DNA of 39,794 nt from Pseudomonadota bacterium (GTDB taxonomy: Bacteria > Desulfobacterota > RBG-13-43-22). The notes below the pieces were generated by a model that did not search any database, had not been told where the DNA came from, and worked only from the letters and a program-made list of their open reading frames with translations. Shown one piece after another: positions 36,355 to 39,794 of the stretch. Every line of letters starts with the position of its first letter. Position 1 is the first letter of the stretch. The position numbers and the translations under genes were made by a program. The stretch is from assembly GCA_043798385.1 (NCBI GenBank), contig JAZDOU010000426.1, forward strand, positions 1 to 39,794, in the 5' to 3' direction.

Positions 36355-36497
36355 ATCTCTTTTTCGGTTCTCTTTTTCTTTCCCCTTGATCGCCGTTCCT
36401 TTACTGGGTATAATCATTTTTAACCCTCATGACCATGTGGGCACCGACAAGGTATGAAAATGGATTTCTTCGAACATTGAAAGGAGGAAGATCCTTT

Positions 36498-37637
36498 ATG
36501 ACGCACTATCCGATGCTCTTTACACCTTTTCAAATTAAAGATTTGACCTTGAAGAACAGGATTACTATGGCCCCTTTGTTTCTGGGCTATGCCAATCCCG
36601 ATGGGACTGTTAATTCATTGATCCTGGATCATTACCAGGAGATGGCGGCTTCCGGGGCGGCCTTGATTGTCGTGGAAAATGTTATCGTTGATCCCCTTGG
36701 TCTGGGATCCCCTTTTTCGATGCGGATTGATGAGGAACGGTTTCTATCCGGTCTCTCCGGTCTGGCCAAAACCATCCATCATCAAGGGACCTTAGCCATT
36801 CTCCAGATCAATCATGCCGGACGGTATGCCTATGGGTCCGCCAAAATTGCCCCCTCTGCGATTGAGACCAATCAGGTCCTGCCCAGAGAGATGAATCAGG
36901 CGGATATCGACCAGGTAATCAAGGCCTATGTCACGGCGGCTGTGAGGGTGAAAGAAACCGGTTTTGACGGGGTGGAGATCCACGGCGGAACCGGGTATCT
37001 GATTGTCCAGTTCCTTTCTCCACGGACCAATAAACGGACCGATGCCTATGGCGGGCCATTGGAAAACCGGATGCGATTTCCTTTAAGGCTGGTCGAGGCC
37101 GTTATGGAGGCCGTTGGCCCGGATTTCCCGGTAGGATATCGTTTCCTGGCCGATGAATGGTTACCCGATGGACTCCACCTGGAGGAGACCAGCCTCTATG
37201 CCCGGGAGTTGGAAAAAAGGGGGGTGGCCTATGTGTCGGTTATGGCCGGGACCTATGATTCTTTTTTTCTGCCGGAAAATCTCCAGGCAGAAAAGAAGGA
37301 AGGCTATATGGTCTCTTTCGCTCAGCAGATAAAAAAGACTCTTTCCCGGACACCGGTTATAACAGCCGGCCGGCTCCAGTCTCCGGAAACAGCCAATCGA
37401 ATTTTGGAAGAAAAGAAGGCGGACCTGATCGGTTTGGCCAGGGTGCTTCTGGCCGATCCCCTCTGGCCGAAAAAGGCCCAAGGGATCTTAACAGAACCGA
37501 TTGTCTCCTGTGAAGCGACCTGCTCTTTGTGTATGAAAAGGGTGTTCAGCGGCAAGCCGGCCTTTTGTTCCCAGTGGGATAAGGCCCGCCAGAAGGCCTT
37601 TTTGGAACGTATCGGGGAGAAGCAAGAAAAGGGCTAA
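36498..37637 (+). CDS. NADH:flavin oxidoreductase, Old Yellow Enzyme family
   Basis: 'LKNRITMAP', 'QINHAGR', 'GFDGVEIHGGTGYL', 'FLSPRTNKRTDAYGG', 'ADLIGLAR', C-terminal CxxxCxxC...C; ATG 36498 follows AAGGAGG. Confidence 0.92.
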   Translation: MTHYPMLFTPFQIKDLTLKNRITMAPLFLGYANPDGTVNSLILDHYQEMAASGAALIVVENVIVDPLGLGSPFSMRIDEERFLSGLSGLAKTIHHQGTLAILQINHAGRYAYGSAKIAPSAIETNQVLPREMNQADIDQVIKAYVTAAVRVKETGFDGVEIHGGTGYLIVQFLSPRTNKRTDAYGGPLENRMRFPLRLVEAVMEAVGPDFPVGYRFLADEWLPDGLHLEETSLYARELEKRGVAYVSVMAGTYDSFFLPENLQAEKKEGYMVSFAQQIKKTLSRTPVITAGRLQSPETANRILEEKKADLIGLARVLLADPLWPKKAQGILTEPIVSCEATCSLCMKRVFSGKPAFCSQWDKARQKAFLERIGEKQEKG

Positions 37638-37695
37638 AGGGCAGTAATTGATAGACTCGTAAAAAGTCATCAATTTTTGAAGAAAGAAATTTTTA

Positions 37696-37999
37696 GAGGT
37701 TGTCCCAAAGTTACGTGATCTTGCTGCTCTGGGAAAAACTATTGAGTGTGTCCAGAGGCATCTGGGGGTATTGATTTTGATGATTGTCCACCTAAACGTC
37801 AGGGTCCAAAAACGAGTCGGGAGTCTCAGGTTTAAATTTCAAGCAGGCCAACACCAAAGCTTTTTCTCTCTGGGATGAATTCCTGGCTTCAGACTAACTT
37901 AGAAATCAGGGCCGGGTTCGGGCGATGGACTCCCCTTTGGACAATCCTCAAAATCGATACCCCCAGATGCCTCTTAGCACGTAACTTTGGGACATTCCC
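37696..37999. mobile_element. Non-autonomous element with IS1182-like ends that contains structured element E2
   Basis: Perfect 17-bp IR TGTCCCAAAGTTACGTG (37701-37717) / CACGTAACTTTGGGACA (37978-37994); inner 37-bp IR at 37754-37790 / 37938-37974. Confidence 0.7.
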
Positions 38000-38119
38000 C
38001 ACAATTAACTCTCACCCGAGGGAGAATTCGTTACGGATAAAAGGATTGAAAAAACTTTAGGATTCGATTATCGTTAATTTTCTAAATCTGAAAAAATGCT
38101 TAAAAGGAAAATCGCACGA

Positions 38120-38377
38120 ATGGAAGAGCTGATTCTTAAACTAAAAAAAGAGATTATCGAAAATCTGAATCTGGAAGACTTTACCCCGGAAGAACTGGAG
38201 GCGGAAGCCCCCCTTTTCGGGGAAGGGCTGGGGCTTGATTCCATTGATGCCTTGGAACTCATGGTGTTACTGGAGAAAAATTACGGCCTCAAGATCGAAG
38301 ACCCCAAACAAGGGCGGAAGGTATTCTACTCCATCAAAACGATGGCGGCCTATATATTGGAGCATCAAAAGAAATAA
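38120..38377 (+). CDS. Acyl carrier protein
   Basis: 'APLFGEGLGLDSIDALEL' phosphopantetheine motif; start MEELIL at 38120. Confidence 0.93.
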   Translation: MEELILKLKKEIIENLNLEDFTPEELEAEAPLFGEGLGLDSIDALELMVLLEKNYGLKIEDPKQGRKVFYSIKTMAAYILEHQKK

Positions 38378-38381
38378 TACC

Positions 38382-39578
38382 ATGCCTGTTAAGATCTTCG
38401 TGACCGGTATCGGGATCATCAGCGCCATTGGCGGGAATGCCGGGGAGGCCTTGGACTCGCTGAAGAAGGCCAGATCCGGCCTGGGCCCCATTACCCATTT
38501 GGATACCATCTTCAAAGGGGAACTGCCGGTGGCTGAAGTAAGGCTTTCCAACGAGGAACTGGCTGACCGGTGCGGGGCAACCGATGGTCAACTTGTCACG
38601 CGGACAACCCTTCTGGGCCTCATTGCAGCCAGGGAGGCCGCCCGGCAGGCCGGGTTAGACCCTTCCGAAAAACAGTTCCGAACCGGCCTCGTCTCGGCCA
38701 CCACCTGCGGCGGCATGGACAAGACCGAGATTAATTTCAAGCATTACCAAAAAGGGGGGGCCTTTATCCATTTCATCTTTACCCGCGACTGCAGCGACAG
38801 CACCGAACGAATCGCTGATGATCTCGGCATCCGTGACTACCTGACGACCATCAGCACGGCCTGTTCTTCTTCCGCCAATGCCGTTATCCACGGGGCCCAG
38901 CTCATCCGCCAGGGAATCGTTGACCGGGTGATCGCCGGAGGGACGGACGCTTTGACGAAATACACCCTCAATGGGTTTCATGCCCTGCAGATCCTGGACA
39001 AAAATCCTTCTAAACCCTTTGATAAAGACCGCCTGGGATTGAACCTCGGGGAAGGGGCCGCCTATCTGGTGCTCGAATCGGAAGGCTCGGCCGACGGGAA
39101 AAGGATCCTCGGCGAATTGAAAGGCTACAGCAATGTCAATGATGCCTATCATCAGACCGCCTCTTCCCCGGAGGGTCTGGGGCCTTATCTCTCTATGCGG
39201 GAGGCCCTGGAAAAGAGCACTCTTGAACCGGAAACGATTGACTACATCAATGCCCACGGGACCGGTACCGACAACAACGACCTGACCGAGGGCTTGGCCA
39301 TTGAAAAACTCTTTGCACCCCATATTCCACCGGTATCCTCCACCAAACCTTTTACCGGTCATACCCTGGGAGCTGCCGGCGCCGTTGAAGCCGTGATCTC
39401 CATTATGGCCCTGACCCACCAGGTGATCTTCCCCAACCTGAACTTCCGGAACAAAATCCCGGAACTGGGTTTTGAACCGGTTAAAGAGCTGATGCCGACG
39501 GCTACGGTCAGAAATGTGCTGAGCAACTCCTTTGGGTTTGGAGGCAATGACAGTACCTTAATATTCTCTGCAGGTTGA
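38382..39578 (+). CDS. Beta-ketoacyl-ACP synthase (FabF/FabB-like KS)
   Basis: 'ISTACSSS' (Cys), 'YINAHGTGT' and 'TGHTLGAAG' (His pair), 'SNSFGFGG'; ATG at 38382. Confidence 0.94.
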   Translation: MPVKIFVTGIGIISAIGGNAGEALDSLKKARSGLGPITHLDTIFKGELPVAEVRLSNEELADRCGATDGQLVTRTTLLGLIAAREAARQAGLDPSEKQFRTGLVSATTCGGMDKTEINFKHYQKGGAFIHFIFTRDCSDSTERIADDLGIRDYLTTISTACSSSANAVIHGAQLIRQGIVDRVIAGGTDALTKYTLNGFHALQILDKNPSKPFDKDRLGLNLGEGAAYLVLESEGSADGKRILGELKGYSNVNDAYHQTASSPEGLGPYLSMREALEKSTLEPETIDYINAHGTGTDNNDLTEGLAIEKLFAPHIPPVSSTKPFTGHTLGAAGAVEAVISIMALTHQVIFPNLNFRNKIPELGFEPVKELMPTATVRNVLSNSFGFGGNDSTLIFSAG

Positions 39579-39579
39579 C

Positions 39580-39794
39580 ATGGAAGCCTACATCAGAGGA
39601 ATTGGGAACATCTCACCACAACACACCTTCGACAACGCCCTCTTCCTGGAGGAGGTCGTCTCCCATCATTGTATTCGGATGGTCAGTCAGGAACCCAATT
39701 ACAAAGACACCATAAAACCCATCCAGCTTAGACGGATGAGCCGGGTTTTGAAGATGGGGGTTATGGCGGCCGGTATCTGTTTGGACGATGCGGT
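39580..39794 (+). CDS. Partial KS chain-length-factor-like protein (runs off the window)
   Basis: Manual translation MEAYIRGIGNISPQHTF...EPNYKDTIKPIQLRRMSRVLKMGVMAA; starts 1 nt after the KS stop; absent from the ORF track because it has no stop in the window. Confidence 0.75.
   Translation, partial: MEAYIRGIGNISPQHTFDNALFLEEVVSHHCIRMVSQEPNYKDTIKPIQLRRMSRVLKMGVMAAGICLDDA

Noticed and set aside
38655-39419. Long antisense or alternative-frame ORFs (also 12484-13275, 35499-36041, 9818-10318)
   Set aside because: Shadows of well-supported genes, with no motifs of their own

Overview
Bacterial chromosomal window, probably Desulfobacterota (deltaproteobacterial). This is inferred from gene content, the hisC-cmk-rpsA-sppA order and the intergenic repeat types, and was not tested. 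1-19241 is core genome: type IV pilus pilMNOPQ, a large Alu-type SRP RNA 6 nt downstream of an IHF/HU gene, hisC-cmk-rpsA-sppA, a Sua5/YciO gene, pilD plus three minor pilins, csp, recN, a nucleoside phosphorylase and tRNA-Pro(GGG). About 19.3-32.9 kb is an accessory patchwork: IS remnants, a DUF2582 gene, a candidate sigma54-driven nitrilase-family amidase with a Urt/Liv-type ABC importer, a GcvT-SHMT fusion, an orphan hicB with a deleted hicA, a RAYT-like remnant and intact higBA. 33-39.8 kb holds an RRM protein, an NCS2-mtnP-apt purine salvage cluster, an OYE-type flavin oxidoreductase and the start of an ACP-KS-CLF (aryl-polyene/flexirubin-like) cluster. The most unusual unexplained signal is a two-copy, highly structured non-coding element (8114-8423 in the rpsA leader; 37754-37974). 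Its long terminal stems differ between copies but stay self-complementary within each copy. All calls were made by eye; no searches were run.
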